From Octopus sinensis (lineage: Eukaryota), in NCBI RefSeq assembly GCF_006345805.1, contig NC_043002.1:55738001-55802000 (forward strand): 64,000 nt of DNA, read 5' to 3'. Under the pieces are notes generated by a model. The model was not told the DNA's origin. It did no database searches and was given only the letters and a program-made list of their open reading frames with translations. The translations under genes were made by a program, and so were the position numbers. Shown here piece by piece: positions 38,505 to 53,000 of this stretch; the stretch's first letter is position 1, and the number at the start of each line of letters is the position of its first letter.

Positions 38505-41500
38505 CAGAGAATATAAATGTAGGACTCACCAGCAGCTGCGAATCATTTGGTTAATGTCAAATTCAAACAAGGCAATAAGAATATTGTCCAACTGAGCCAT
38601 TCGGTTGTCTCCTCGATACATGTCGATGCAAGGCTGGAAAGCAATGAGAACACTTCAGCAATAAGGATTAGTGAGTGAAAAACAATTCTTTCACTTTATT
38701 TACATTATTTACATTTGACAGTTATTTGTTCTCATCTTGTTTGTTGTTAACACATTTCAGCTGATGTACCCTTTTGATTGTGATTTCACTTGCCTCAACA
38801 GGACTTCGCAAGCAAAGTTTAGTGTCCAATGGAAGAAAGGTACGCATGAGTAGGCTGGTTACACCGCTGACATAGGCCACGGGTTATGGTCTCACTTGGC
38901 TTGCCAGTCTTCTCAAGCAGAGCATATTTCCAAAGGTCTCAGTCACTAGTCATTGCCTCAGTGAGGCCCAATGTTTGAAGGTCGTGCTTCACCACCTCAC
39001 CCCAGGTCTTCCTAAGTCTACCTCTTCTACAGATTCCCTCAACTGCTAGGTTGAGACACTTTTTCACACAGCTGTCCTCATCTATTTGCACCACATGACC
39101 ATACCAGCGCTGTCATCTCTCTTGCACACCACATCTGACGTTTCTTAGGTTCAACTTTTCTCTCAAGGCACTTACAATTCTGTCGTGTATGCACACTGAC
39201 ATTACACATCCAGCGGAGCATACTGGCTTCATTCCTTGCAAGCTTACACATGTCCTCAGCAGTCACGACCCATGTTTCACTGCCATGTAGCATGGCTGTT
39301 CGTACACATGTGTCATACAGTCTGCCTTTTACTCTGAGTGAGAGGCCCTTTGACACCAGCACAAGTAGGGGCTCTCTGAACTTTGCTCAGGCTATTCTTA
39401 TTCTAGCAGCTACACTTTCAGAGCATCCACCCCCGCTACTGACTTGGTCACCTAGGTAATGGAAGCTGTCCCAAGGTATTTTTCGATGTTATTATTGTTA
39501 TTATTATTATTGTTCAAGTCATTGCCTGGAATCGAACTCGGAATCTTGGGGTTAGTAGCCTGCACTCTTAACCACTAGGCCATATGCCCGTGGGCATACA
39601 CCTTAGGAATGAATACGTTAGGAATGAGAACCCAGGTTCGAAATTCCCCCAAGACACCTGACGAAGGCTGGAGGGTGTATCGGTCAAAATGTGTTAACAA
39701 CAAACAAGATGACAAATATCCATCAAATGTAAATAATGTACATAATTCTTCAGCTCTTAAATATAGAACTGAATTCTGTCACTCCATAAAAGACCACACA
39801 CACACAGCACTGATGCTGGGACCATGTAAAGAAAATCCAGACCCAGGACACTCTATAAAATGGTTGGTGTTAGGAAAGGCACCCAGCTGCAGAAACCATG
39901 CCAAAACAGACAACTGGGGCCTGGTGCTGCTCTCTGGCCTAACCAGCTCCTGTCAAACTGTCCAACCCATGCCAGTATAGCAAAGGAGTGTTAAATGATG
40001 ATGATGAGCCCCCAAACGGATGCATCATGGGGTGAATTCAAATGTGAATATCAAGATTTGACTTTAGAACATGGAGACATTTAATCTGGCACTGTACCAG
40101 CTCTGCCACACCAACAACCCCTCTACCACTCTACACACGGAGAGTAGGCAAGAAGATCCTCTACAGCAATATACATGTTCTGTTCCAGCCCTTCCATATT
40201 TTAATCCTTCATCCTGCCTCTAGTCTCAACTGTAACCCCATTCAGTCGAAAATCTTAGTCTTGCAAGCTGCATGGCAACAGCAGTATTGCATCTGCCAAG
40301 AAAACAAGCACCCAGTACATTCTGTAAAGGAATTAGCATTAGGTGTTAGGAAGGGCATCCAGCTGTAGAAACTTTGCTAGATCAGATTGAAGCCTGGTGC
40401 AGCATCCTGGCTTGCCAGTCCCCAGTCAAACCATCCAACCCATGCCAGCATGGAAAGTGGACGTTAAACGATGATGATGATGATCCAGTCGGAGAAACCA
40501 TGCCAGAGCAGACACTGGTGTAAGATGCAGTCTTTAGCCCTGTCAGATATTGTCAAACCATCCAACCTGTGCCATCATGGGTTGGATGACTTGAAAGGAT
40601 GAGGACTTACCTGTATATAATGTTGCAATTCCATGGTCTTTACAACAGGATTTTGATAAAATAGTTTGGATACCAACATATGGAACCATGTTTCACAATA
40701 GTCTTTCATTTGGTGGAAAACTGCTTCTTCTCCACATAAAATCTGAAAAAGAAAAAAAGTAACAGAATAATTAGAGATACCTACATTAATTAATTAAACA
40801 ATCTAAATGGAAACTGATGATGTCAATGATGATGGTGATGATGGTGACAACAGGGGTAATAGTAAAGATGATGGGTAGAAAGTTAAAGAAATGGGACAAC
40901 ATTGGTTGTTTGGTTTCTTTTCTTCCCTTGCCTTCTGCCTTTTCATTTCTTCCTATTCCATTGGTTATTGTTATATGAGCAGCAGCAGCAACAGGGTTAA
41001 TGTGTCAAAGTTTCGTGGCACTCTGTAGGTTACGATGACAAGGGTTCCAGTTGATCCAATCAACAGAACAGCCTGCTCGTGAAATTAACATGCAAGTGGC
41101 TGAGTACTCCACAGACACATGTACCCTATCATAGTACTCGGGGAGATTCAGCGTGACATTGAGTATGACATGGCTGGTTCTTTGAAATACAAGTACAACA
41201 GAAACAGAAAGAAAGAGTGAGAGAAAGTTGTGGTGAAAGAGTACAGCAGGGGTCACCACCTTGCAGAAGCCTCATGGAGCTTTAAGTGTTTTCGCTCAAT
41301 AAACACCCACAGTGCCTGGTCTGGATTTCGAAACCGCAATCCTACAACCACAAGTTCGCTGCCCTAACCACTGGGCCATTGTGCCTTCACTGTCAAAGTT
41401 TAGAACCTCAATATATGTAGTGAGTTTTCATTCTAAAGTTGGTAGGAAAGGACGTATGTTGAGAGAGATAAGACTGGCCAACAGGGGAAGCAGGTTGAAA

Positions 41501-42591
41501 AGCTTATAAATATTTTGTAGCATTATTGGTGCTGTTGTTGTTGATAATGATGTTATTGCTTAGTCACAGGTCTGCACCCATGAAGCAGACCAATAATCAA
41601 AGAAGAGGTGGTGGTGTCACTCTTCCTGTTGACAAATCATCCACTTGCTTCATGCCCTCAGAGACATGTAATATAATAAGAGATCCCTTACTTGGAAAAA
41701 CAGGGAAGGGTTAACAACAGGAAAAGCATCTGGCAGTAAAACAATGCATAAATACAATATACGTATAGTATATATGCTCCAGCATGACCACAACCACATG
41801 GCTGAAATGAGTAAAAGAGTATACATATCATTTAACGTCCTATTTTCCATGCTGGCATGGGTTGGACAGTTTGACAGGAGCTAGTTAGGCAGAAGACTGC
41901 ACCAGGCTTCATTGTTCTGTTTTGGCAGGGTTCTAACGACTGGACACCCTTCCTAACACCAACCACCTTACAGAGTACATACACACACAAACAAAACAGG
42001 CTTCTTTCAGTTTCTGCCTATCAGATCCATTCACAAGAATAGCCTAGCACTATAGAAGAAAACAATTACCCAAGGTAGCACATAGAGAGACTGAATGACC
42101 AAACCCAATGCAAAAGAATGTCTCTCAGAAATAGGAGCCACAAGAATCGATGGGGGAAAGGTCTTGCTTAAATAATTCCTACTCAAACTGGTATTGGAAC
42201 CTAGTTCTGCCCAGAGTCACAATAAATCATCATCATCATGAGTCACAATAAAATAACATCATAAACAAAACAAAGAAGAAAAAAAGGGAAATTTACTTTA
42301 GCCATGTTCTCTAAATGTTCATTAGCGATGAAATCTCCACTCTTTAAGCGTCTGCTGCATTCATCTCGCCAGTGTCGCCATTTCATTTCAAATTCTGGCA
42401 GAGATCGACCCTGAGATACAAAATTCTGCAAAAGACAAAATGAGAAAAAAACTATTTTAATTGGAAAATATCTGTTGAAAACAAAAATTCACTTTTATAG
42501 GATTTGTTTAATTTGTTTAAAAAAGTTTATTCAATTTTAAGGAAATATATTTATTTTTATTGAACATCTAAACAGACTGGAAGAAGTATAA

Positions 42592-42623
<32 letters not shown>

Positions 42624-44694
42624 TATATATATAGTAGATCCGCTATGGTCTTACCACTAAGAAAGGAATGCTCTCAAGAAAATTTTAGCAAACGCCAGAA
42701 AAACAAAATATAGATTAATCTACTTCAAGTACATGGATGTCCATGTAGTGGTCATCCTTCTTATATGTATGTAATATAATTTTTCTGTATCTTCAGATTT
42801 TAATATGCTAGACCATTGGTTTTAAATTGATATTAATCAAATTAATATTCAATTTTTTACCCTTATTATTTTAAATTTACATATATTTACATATGTGTGC
42901 ATGTGTGTGTCAAGTTCATCAACATCAAAATAAAAATCGTATGGATATTGTAGTTGTGATACCCGTGCCGGTGACGCATAGGGCCTCACAGAGGAAATGA
43001 CAAAGACCAAGACCTCTGAGATATGCTGTGACTGTGAAAACCCGACAAATGAAGTGAGTTCATGGCTTGCGGGACACCCTGCTGCGCTAACCTTTGATCG
43101 TAGAGTGACCCGCTGTTCTCCAGGAGACCTATTGAGTCAAGTACATCAACACCAACATCAAGATAAAAATCAAACGGAAATTGTAGTTAAGATACCCGTG
43201 CCAGTGACACGTAAAAAGCACCGTCCAAAAGTGGCAGATGCCAGCGCTGCCTGACTGGCATCCATGTCGGTGAGATGTAAAAGCACCAACTGATCGTGGG
43301 CGTTTGCCAGCCTCCTCTGGCCCGTGCTGGTGACACGTAAAAAGCACCCACTACACTCATGGAGTGGTTGGCGTTAGGAAGGGCATCCAGCTGTAGAAAC
43401 ACTGCCAGATCAGACTGGAGCCTGGTGCAGCCTCCTGGCTTCCCAGACACCAGTCGAACCGTCCAACCTATGCTAGCATGGAAAACAGACGTTAAACGAT
43501 GATGATGATGATGATATATATATATATGTATGTATATATATATATATATATATATTAGTAGTAGTTAGCGACTTCAGGATCAGGGCTAAATGGATGCCCA
43601 GAAGAATACCAGCCTGGAGGAGAAGGGTCTGGAAGCTTAAAGATCCTGCAAATGGACAGAGATTTAGAGACATATTACTCGAAGCCTTCGATAAAATAGA
43701 AGGGGATATAACATCAAATAATGTGGAAGACAACTGGAGGTTTCTACTAGACAACCTGCTGAGAGCCACTGACCAGATCTGTGGTTGGTGCAAAGTCCCT
43801 TCTCAACCCAAGGTAACGAGGTTGTGAAACAATGTGGTTGTCTAATAGACAAAAGAAACAGGCTTGGAAGGACTGGAAGAACGGAGGTAGCAGGGAATTG
43901 TATCAGACTACCTGAAGGGAAGCTAGGAGACAGGTTTATTTAGCCAGAGGGGAAGCAGATAAGAAAAAATTTGCCAATGTTCTGCACCGTGAGGACCAAA
44001 GACTTGAAGTATTTCGTGTTGCAAGACAGTGTGTGAGAGAGAATCGTGATGTCGTAGGAGAGAAATGTGTCCATATGGATGATGGTTCACTTGCACTAAA
44101 CAAGGCTGCAAAGAGAGAGGTTTGGAGACACCACTATGAAAGGTTGCTCAATAAAGAGAATGAATGGGAGAAAGAGTCTGCCAAATGTTGACCCAAGAGG
44201 GACCAGCTATCCAAATTGAGAGTACCTTGGTAGATAAAGCAATCAAGAGTATGAAGGCAGGGAAAGCCCCCGGCCCATCAGGAATCACAGCAGAGATGCT
44301 CAAAATATCTGGCGGTGTCAGCTATAGCCTAGTCACCCGTATATTAACCAGGTGATACACTAAAGAGTCATACTCAATGACTGGTGTAGCAGCACCATAG
44401 TCAACTGCTACAAAGGTAAAGGTGACGCTTTTAGATACAATTAATTATGCATGTATATATACATATATATGTAGGTATGGACATGTATGTATATATGCAT
44501 GCATATATATATATATATTTATATTATTATAGGCGCAGGAGTGGCTGTGTGATAAGTAGCTTGCTTACCAACCACATGGCTCCGGTTTGAGTCCCACCGC
44601 GTGGCACTTTGGGCAAGTGTCTTCTACTATAGCCTCGAGCCAACCAAAGCCTTGTGAGTGGATTTGGTAGACAGAAACTGAAAGAAGCCCGTTG

Positions 44695-44766
<72 letters not shown>

Positions 44767-45400
44767 CATCATCATCATCGTTTAACGTCCATTTTCCATG
44801 CTAGCATGGGTTGGACGGTTTAACTGGGGTCTGGGAAACCAGAAGGCTGCGCCAGGCCCGGTCTGATCTGGCAGTGTTTCTACAGCTGGATGCCCTTCCT
44901 AACACTAACCACTCCGAGAGTGTAGTGGGTGCTTTTTATGTGCCACCTGCACAGGTGCCAGGCGAGGCTGGCAAACGGCCACGATCAGATGGTGCTTTCT
45001 ACATGCCACCGGCACGGGGGCCAGACGAGGCTGGCAACGGCCACAATCGGATGGTGCTTTTTACGTGCCACCGGCACGGATACGGTCTGCCTTTTATTCT
45101 GAGCGAGAGGCTTTTTGTCACCAGGCTATTCTTACTCTAGCAGTTACACTTTCAGCACATCCGCCCCCGCTATATATATATATGTATGTGTGTGTATATG
45201 TTAGTGTGTCTTTGTTTGTCCCCCAACATCGCTTGACAACCGATGGTGGTGTGTTTATGTCCCCGTAACTTAGCGGTTTGGCAAAAGAGACAGATAGAAT
45301 AAGTACTAGACTTACAAAGAATAAGTCTTGGGGTCAATTTGATCGATTAAAGGTGGTGCTCCAGCATGGCCGCAGTCAAATGACTGAAACAAGTAAAAGA

Positions 45401-45460
<60 letters not shown>

Positions 45461-48400
45461 CAGGGGGAAAGTTATACATAAGTGTGAATGAGTGTATGTG
45501 TTATGATGTGGAACCTCGCCCACTTATATGTTGTCATCGGCACTGTAATGTCTTTGTCACTACCATTATTATCGTTGACTTGTCTATGGTGTTATCACAG
45601 ATGGCTCTGCAAGACGACTTTGAAACGTCTACCTTGGCAGTAACTTCAACTTGTATAAATCATGCAACTCACACAGTCTCCAACTGAGAACTCATACAAC
45701 AACTCTCCAACTACTGACCTCTCCTACGACTGACTGTCCAACTTTATAGTGGCACTGCAACAATATAAATGTTTGTGTCTCATTGTCTTGACATCACATG
45801 ATAGTTGTAAATGAGTATCACTGTCATACAAGCGGTGTCATTCATCTCCAGTTTTCTGTGAAAACATGTCTGGCCATGGGGAAATATTACTTTGCTTGGA
45901 AATAGGTGAGGGGGTGGCAACAGGAAGGGCAACAAACTATAGAAAATCTGGCTCAAATAAACTGTCTGATCCATGCTAGCATGGACAAGTGGGCGTTAAA
46001 ATGAGGAAAATGAAGATATTTTAGTATTTTAGTAAAGGATGAAAAAAACAACCCAAAATGTTTTGTAGCACAAAGTAAAACTTACAGCTAACTGAGGCAT
46101 TTTACGCATTAGTTCTTCTAAACTGGTGAAGCTATCTATGTGACAGGATGGATGGAGCAAAAACAGTTGTCGTGCCTCATCAACACTTCCTTGGAGTAAT
46201 AAACGGTAAATCTGAAAATATGAAGAGAAATAAATTATTAAACAATCTTTATTAGAAAATTAATATTTCTAAATCTCACAACGTGAGATATTCAGCAACA
46301 GTACATTGTTGTAAAGATTGTTTGCCAACATAATATGGCAGTCTTGGTTTAGGACTAATGTTGCTGTAATTTATAGCCCCAGGAGACATCGTCTCCAGCT
46401 GGCTATATGACACGATTTGTGTCCTTATATTTTCAAACAAGGGTGCTAGATTCCCTTGTTCGAAAATATAAGGACACAGATCGTGTAGTATGGCCAGCTG
46501 GAGACGATGTTTCCTGGGACTAAATTACAGCAACATTCGTCCTAAACAGGACTGCCATGTTATGTTAGCAAACAATCTTTACAACAATCTTTATGCTTAA
46601 AAAAGAAACATTCTGGGTAGAATAAATCATTTCTGTAATTTTATTTTAGTAAAATATCTTTCCCACTTTTCTAGTTATTATATTTAAATACTGAAGTCTG
46701 GCACTGTCCTACCTATGCGCTTATAGGCTAGTGAGATTTGGGCTACTACAAAGAGGACAGAACATCAATTGGCTTTGATGCAAAGGGCCATAGAAAAATC
46801 CATTCTTGGATTATCATTATGAGAGCATATTTAAAATGAGATAATTCAAGAACAGAGTGGAGTGAACAATGTGATCACAGAATATCAAAACTACAAGTTC
46901 CATTAGATCGGACATGCCACCAGGTTTGCATTCAAAAGATAGACCCATGAAGTTGTTGAGTGGTGGCCAAGAGATCAGAAAAGGCCACTTGGAAGGCTCC
47001 CACAACAAGAGGAAGATAATTTAATCAAGCAATTTGGGTCAAGCTGAAAAGAATGGTGCAATCAAGACAGAATTGGAAATGCATCGTGATCAGCGGTGTA
47101 TAACATCATCTGATGATCTGGTCAATACTGTCATACTGTGATATTTCAAATTGGGCAACATTCCCTTTAATCATAATGTCACTGGTTGGACTGTTTGACA
47201 GGAGCTGGTAAGTCAGATGCTTACACCAAGCTCTCATGTGTGTCTTTGAGTCTGTGTTTGTCACAACACACACACCTCCACCACTTAGCAATTGCTGTTT
47301 GTGTGTGTATATCCCTATAACTTAGCGGTTCAGCAAGAGAGACTAATAGAATAAGAACCAGCATAAAAATACTTAAGTATTGAATTCAACTAAAACCTTT
47401 CAAGGTGGTGCTCCAGCATGGCAGTACGCTGCAATGACTAAAACAAGCAAAGGCCAAAAGGAACGGCTGCTTACATTTTCTTCTTCCTATACTCAGAATA
47501 CAAAGAGACAAGGATGATACTCACAGCTTCCCAGAAGCGTGGATGGTTCTCAGGTTTTTCGTTCTGTATTATTTCTGTAGCCAACTGGTTGCCTTCTGTG
47601 AAGTGCCACCTGATCCATCCTCGTAGCTGGCGTATTGGGGCAGCACCTGAACAATTACACACACACATGTATACATACATACACACTCACACACACGCAT
47701 GTGTGTGTGTCAGTTAAGATTGATACAGGCACAACATCTGTTGGAGACTTGTGTTTAGTTTAATAATTAAATGGAAGAGGGAGAGGGGGAAAGTGAGAAT
47801 GGGAGGAGGAGGAAAGGTTGATAGATGAAGAGAATGAAATGATGTGAGAGAAAGAAGAAACAGAAAAGTAAAGAGTGGGGAAGATAGAAGAAGAAAAAGA
47901 TGAGAGGAATGTAGTTAGGAAAATGAAAGAGAAGAGGAAGAAATCAAATTAAACAAATGGAGCAGGTTAAATCCTTGCAGGAAACCTGACCAAGTTTTCA
48001 GGATTCACACAAATATTAGTCAGAGATAAGTAAAATTTTGAAATATAATTTTCTATGCAACATTCCTAGCGATAAAATCACACCATTAGCCAGATGATAA
48101 ATGGAAAGAGACAACGTACAAATATTGTTCCAAACTCGGTAAGTACACGAGCACCATGACAACTTATTTTTAACCAAGTCACATGACTAATTTGTTTTAA
48201 TTACATTTTTGTTTTTTTTGGTTTTTTGGTTTTGCCATTAAGATTTTGTTTCATATTTTCTACAAGTTGTTTTTTGCAGTTATTGTTATTTTGATGCTTG
48301 TTCTTTTAACATATTTTTCAAAAAAGTTTGCATAATATAAAAAAAAATTACATACAACTGAGGTGGTATCTATCACTGAGGAGGTGAAATCATATTGCAA

Positions 48401-50001
48401 CATGTCCGATGATCAGCTGAAGTCATTCAGAACTGACAATTGTTTTTACACTGAAAGTCTACAAGGAGAAATGTATCTTCTAAGACAAAATCCTGCAGCA
48501 AAGCCATTCTAGGGAGCAAGGTTGTATTAAGAATATACGTGTACAGGATTTTTTGATCTTCACTACTTTGTGTACCATTACTGAATTAATTCCAGCTTGG
48601 CAGGTTTTTAACACACACCATCAAAATTGTGGTTTGATGTTTTCTACATAGAAACTCAAGTTCCTGACTGACTGTAAATGAACGAGGCAGTATCTATAAC
48701 TGAGGAGGTGAAAATACACTAAAACACTGGTGTCTGTAGATGTCATCTGGAACTTGGTGTGTTTTTGTTTTTACACACTAACTCTACATACAGTGTGTAA
48801 GATTTTTTCCTCTCTCAGACAAAAATCTGCAGTGAATGCCATTCACATTCAACTATGAAGGAATGTTTTACACCTAAATGTACATGTCTTTATGGCCACC
48901 CTTTCAATTTCATGTGCTTATATTAAATATACTGTATATGCTTAAGTGAACAAAAGTACTTTTACAGCATATACTTTATGATTCATAGCTGAAATTTTTT
49001 TTTAGAAATTTTGATAAAACCAAAGAATTGTGAAGTGTTTATCCAATGAGATGTTTATTATTGAATATTTTCAAATGTTTTTCAGGTGCAAAGGCTTAAC
49101 CCTTTTTTTTACCATGTTTGTTGAAATATTGCCTCTGTTTTAATTTTGAAAATAATAAAGAACTTAGTAAAGTAACTTTGTCATTATTAAACTGGGTGTT
49201 GGAATTTAAATTAACAGGAAATTTTGATAGGTTTTAAAACTAGATTACTTTAAAACATGAAATTTATATCACAGATTCAAGGGTGAATTAAACTGGGCCC
49301 TGAAGGGATGAAAGGGGTCAAAATAGGTCAAATGGCTATAAAGGTGTTAAAAGCATAAGAAACATCTATGGAGTGAAATTAAGAAGACATGAGATTAAAA
49401 TATTTTTAATTCCAGGCAACTTTGGATTAGAAGAGATTAGATTACCTGGCATGGTGTCAATGTAAAGAATTTCACACAGACTCCAAATCAATTCAATCAG
49501 ATGGAATATTTGTTGTTGATCTTCAAAGTGGGCTTTCATCTCATCATCAATAATCTTTTCTGAAAAGGTAAAGAACAACCATTATTAGCCAATAAATTAA
49601 TATATATATATATATATATTAAAAAAATCATCATCATCATCATCGTTTAACATCCGTTCTCCATGCTGGCATGGGTTGGACCATTTGACTGGGCTGGCAC
49701 GCTGGAAGGCTGCACCAAACTCCAATCTGACTTGGCATGGTTTTCTACGGCTGGATGCCCTTCCTAACACCAGATACTCCAAGAGTGTAGTCGGTGCTTT
49801 TACGTGCCATTTGCGTGACACTGGGGTGCGTTTACATGCAACCGGCATGGATGCCAATTTGCATGTCACTGGTATCTGCCACGACAGATTTTGCTCAGCT
49901 TGATGGGTCTTCTCAAGTACAAAATAATTCCTCCATGAGGACCAACACTCAAAAGGAACTCAGCCACTTTGCTCCTGTGAGGCCCAATATATATGTGTGT
50001 G

Positions 50002-50049
<48 letters not shown>

Positions 50050-53000
50050 CATCATTTAATGTCTGCTTTCCATGCTGGCAACAGAAAATAGAGAAATATT
50101 GATGAAAAACAATTGACTAACATCAATTATTATTTATTAATTCAATACAAATAGACTGTATCTTGATAAACCCATGTTTATCCCCGTTTTTACCTATAAT
50201 TTATGAGCTTAATATGTTGGCATATGTATGCCCATGGTTAAACATAGGTAATATACCAGTAGTGTAATGGATACTTCCATCCCTTAGACGGCTATTTTAA
50301 CCTATAACTCAACTAACCTATATACATATATATATATATGATATATATATATATGATATTTATGGACAAATATAATATATTGCTGTAATGTGTAGAAGTA
50401 ATACATATATATATACATAGCTGATATAACTGTTAGTTGATTGGTTGATTTCTCTAGTCAAGCTTTACATCATATAGAGAGAGGGTAAGAAGAGAGATTA
50501 AAAGAAAGATATAGAGGGAGTTAACATAGGAGGCATCATTACTTCCTAAAAAATACAGATTTTTTAAAAATGAAATTCTGCAAAAATAGGTTTTCAATGG
50601 AGTAAGTTGTGACTATGTAGATTAAATTTAGAAAAAAATTAGGAAATATTTATTGTAAATATACAAATGAGAAATTTGTTTTATTTAATTTTATTTTACG
50701 ATAATTATTTTTCAAAATATTCATTTCATTTTATATAAGCACCAAGAAATTTGATACAAATTAAATTACAATTATTGTATATATGCCATATTCCCTGATA
50801 TTACCAATGATTGTAAAAGTATACTTCCAAAGTTACTCATCATAGGATAAGTAACACTCTAGTATTTATATACAAGATAAAAAGGGAAAATACAGTTATT
50901 GTATGCATGCCATATTTCCTGATGTTATCCATTGTGACAAAAGTACACTTCAAACGTTAACCATCAAATTTTTTCTTTTTCTTAATGTCTACACTTACCA
51001 GATTCATACTGTAAAGTCCAGCAACAACCCTTCACAACAGAACGATAATGACGACTGGCTTTTATTAAGCTGAAAAATAAATAATTTAATTGCAGTGCAT
51101 ATAAATATATAGCAAATACAATATTTGTCTATCTCTCTGTTCAGGTGTAACACTCCCAGTACAAAGCTGCACCTGATTACTAAATAGCAAGAGCTGAGCT
51201 AAAAATCCAAATCCTGGAGTAAATATCAACGTTCTCAGTTCAAACCCACACTCCATGTTTCACTGTATATTTAATTTAATGTACCTCAGTCCACCTTACA
51301 ACAACAAGGTACCATGGTATCTTTATGTAACTAGAGGATGTCATTATTGTCATCGTCTAACATCCCTGTTCCATGTTGGCATGGATTGGATAGTTTGACA
51401 AAAATCAAGTGTCTGGTTTTGGCATGGTTCCCTGGGTTAGATGCCCTTCCTAACACCAACCCCTTTACACACCATTGTAATTGCAATATTCATTTCTATG
51501 TAGGAGTAGCAAGTGGTTAAGAAGTTTGCTTCACAACCATGTGGCTTTGTGGTTTCAGATTCAATTCTTTTGTGTGGCACTTCAGGCATGTTTCCTACTG
51601 TAAACTTTGGCTGACCAATGCCTTGTGAGCAAATACGGTAAATGGAAACTGTCTGGAAGCCTGCATGTTTGTGTTGTGCTTCTATGTGTCTTCATATCAA
51701 CACACCTTGGACAACAGTGATGTTATGGCCCAAATAGTGTGCAAGCTCAACAAGGCTAAGTAGTATTTCCCTGTGACTGGACATATTTTTTACAAAAGAC
51801 TGAAAATGAACATCACATGTATGATGGTGATTTTTGTAACATCAAGTGATGTCAAAATAAGGGTTCACAGACACGTGTGTGTGTATGTGAGTATATCATC
51901 ATCATCATTTAACGTCCACTTCCCATGCTGGCATGGGCTGGACAGTTTGACTGAGGACTGGCGAGCCAGAAGGCTGCACCAGGCTCACATTTGATCTGGC
52001 AAAGTTTCTACAGCTGGATGCCCTTCCTAACGCCAACCACTCCAAGGGCCAGTCAGGCAGTACTGGTAACAACCACGCTCAAAAGGTGTTTTTTACGTGC
52101 TACCTGCACGGGAGCCAGTCCGGCAACACTGGCAATGACCACTCTTGAATGTTGTTTTTTACGTGCCACAGGCACACACACATATATATATATCAAAATC
52201 AAAATCATTTCGATGAATGGCATCCGTGCTAGCGGGGTGCAAAGAGCACCATATGAGTGTGATCGTTGACAGAGCAGCTATTCGAGTATGGTCGTTACCA
52301 GCGTCGCCTTACTGGCACTTATGCCTGTGCTAATAGGGTGCCAAGAACACCATCCGAGTGTGATTGTTGCCAGAGCAGCCAACTGGCTTCCGTACCCGTG
52401 GCATGTAAAAAGGGCACCATTCGAGCGTGATCATTACCAACGTCACTTCACTGGCACCTGTGCCTGTGGAACATGTAAAAAGACTCGAGCGAGGTCACTG
52501 CCAGTACCGCCTGACTGGCCCCCATGCAGGTGGCACATAAAAAGCACCCACTACACTCTCGGAGTGGTTGGTGTTAGGAAGGGCATCCAGCTGTAGAAAC
52601 TCTACCAGATCAAGACTGGAGCCTAGTACAGCCATCTGGTTGCCAGCCCTCAGTCAAAACCGTCCACCCCATGCTAGCATGGAAAACGGACGTTAAATGA
52701 TGATGATAATGATGTACAACAACCAATAATATGTACAAAGAAAATCATTTCTTCATATTAGATGTATGTATCTGTTAACGCAATTGAAACAATTGTTGGA
52801 TTTTTAAGGTGTCATCTTAAATATTATTGGTTGTTGTTAAATACTCTTAATTTCTTAAAATTCTACAAAAGGATTACTGGATTTACATGGGATTTGTAAT
52901 CTACATACATTTACTGGAATCTACTTGTTGGAAATTTAACCTTATTCCTTTATACTGAGTGCTTACTTGATGTCTGCCAGAAATTTTTAATCCCATTTTG

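Noticed and set aside
39520-39595. tRNA gene
   Set aside because: A and B boxes are present but there is no closing acceptor stem; it runs into SINE body. The same holds for other tRNA-like heads.
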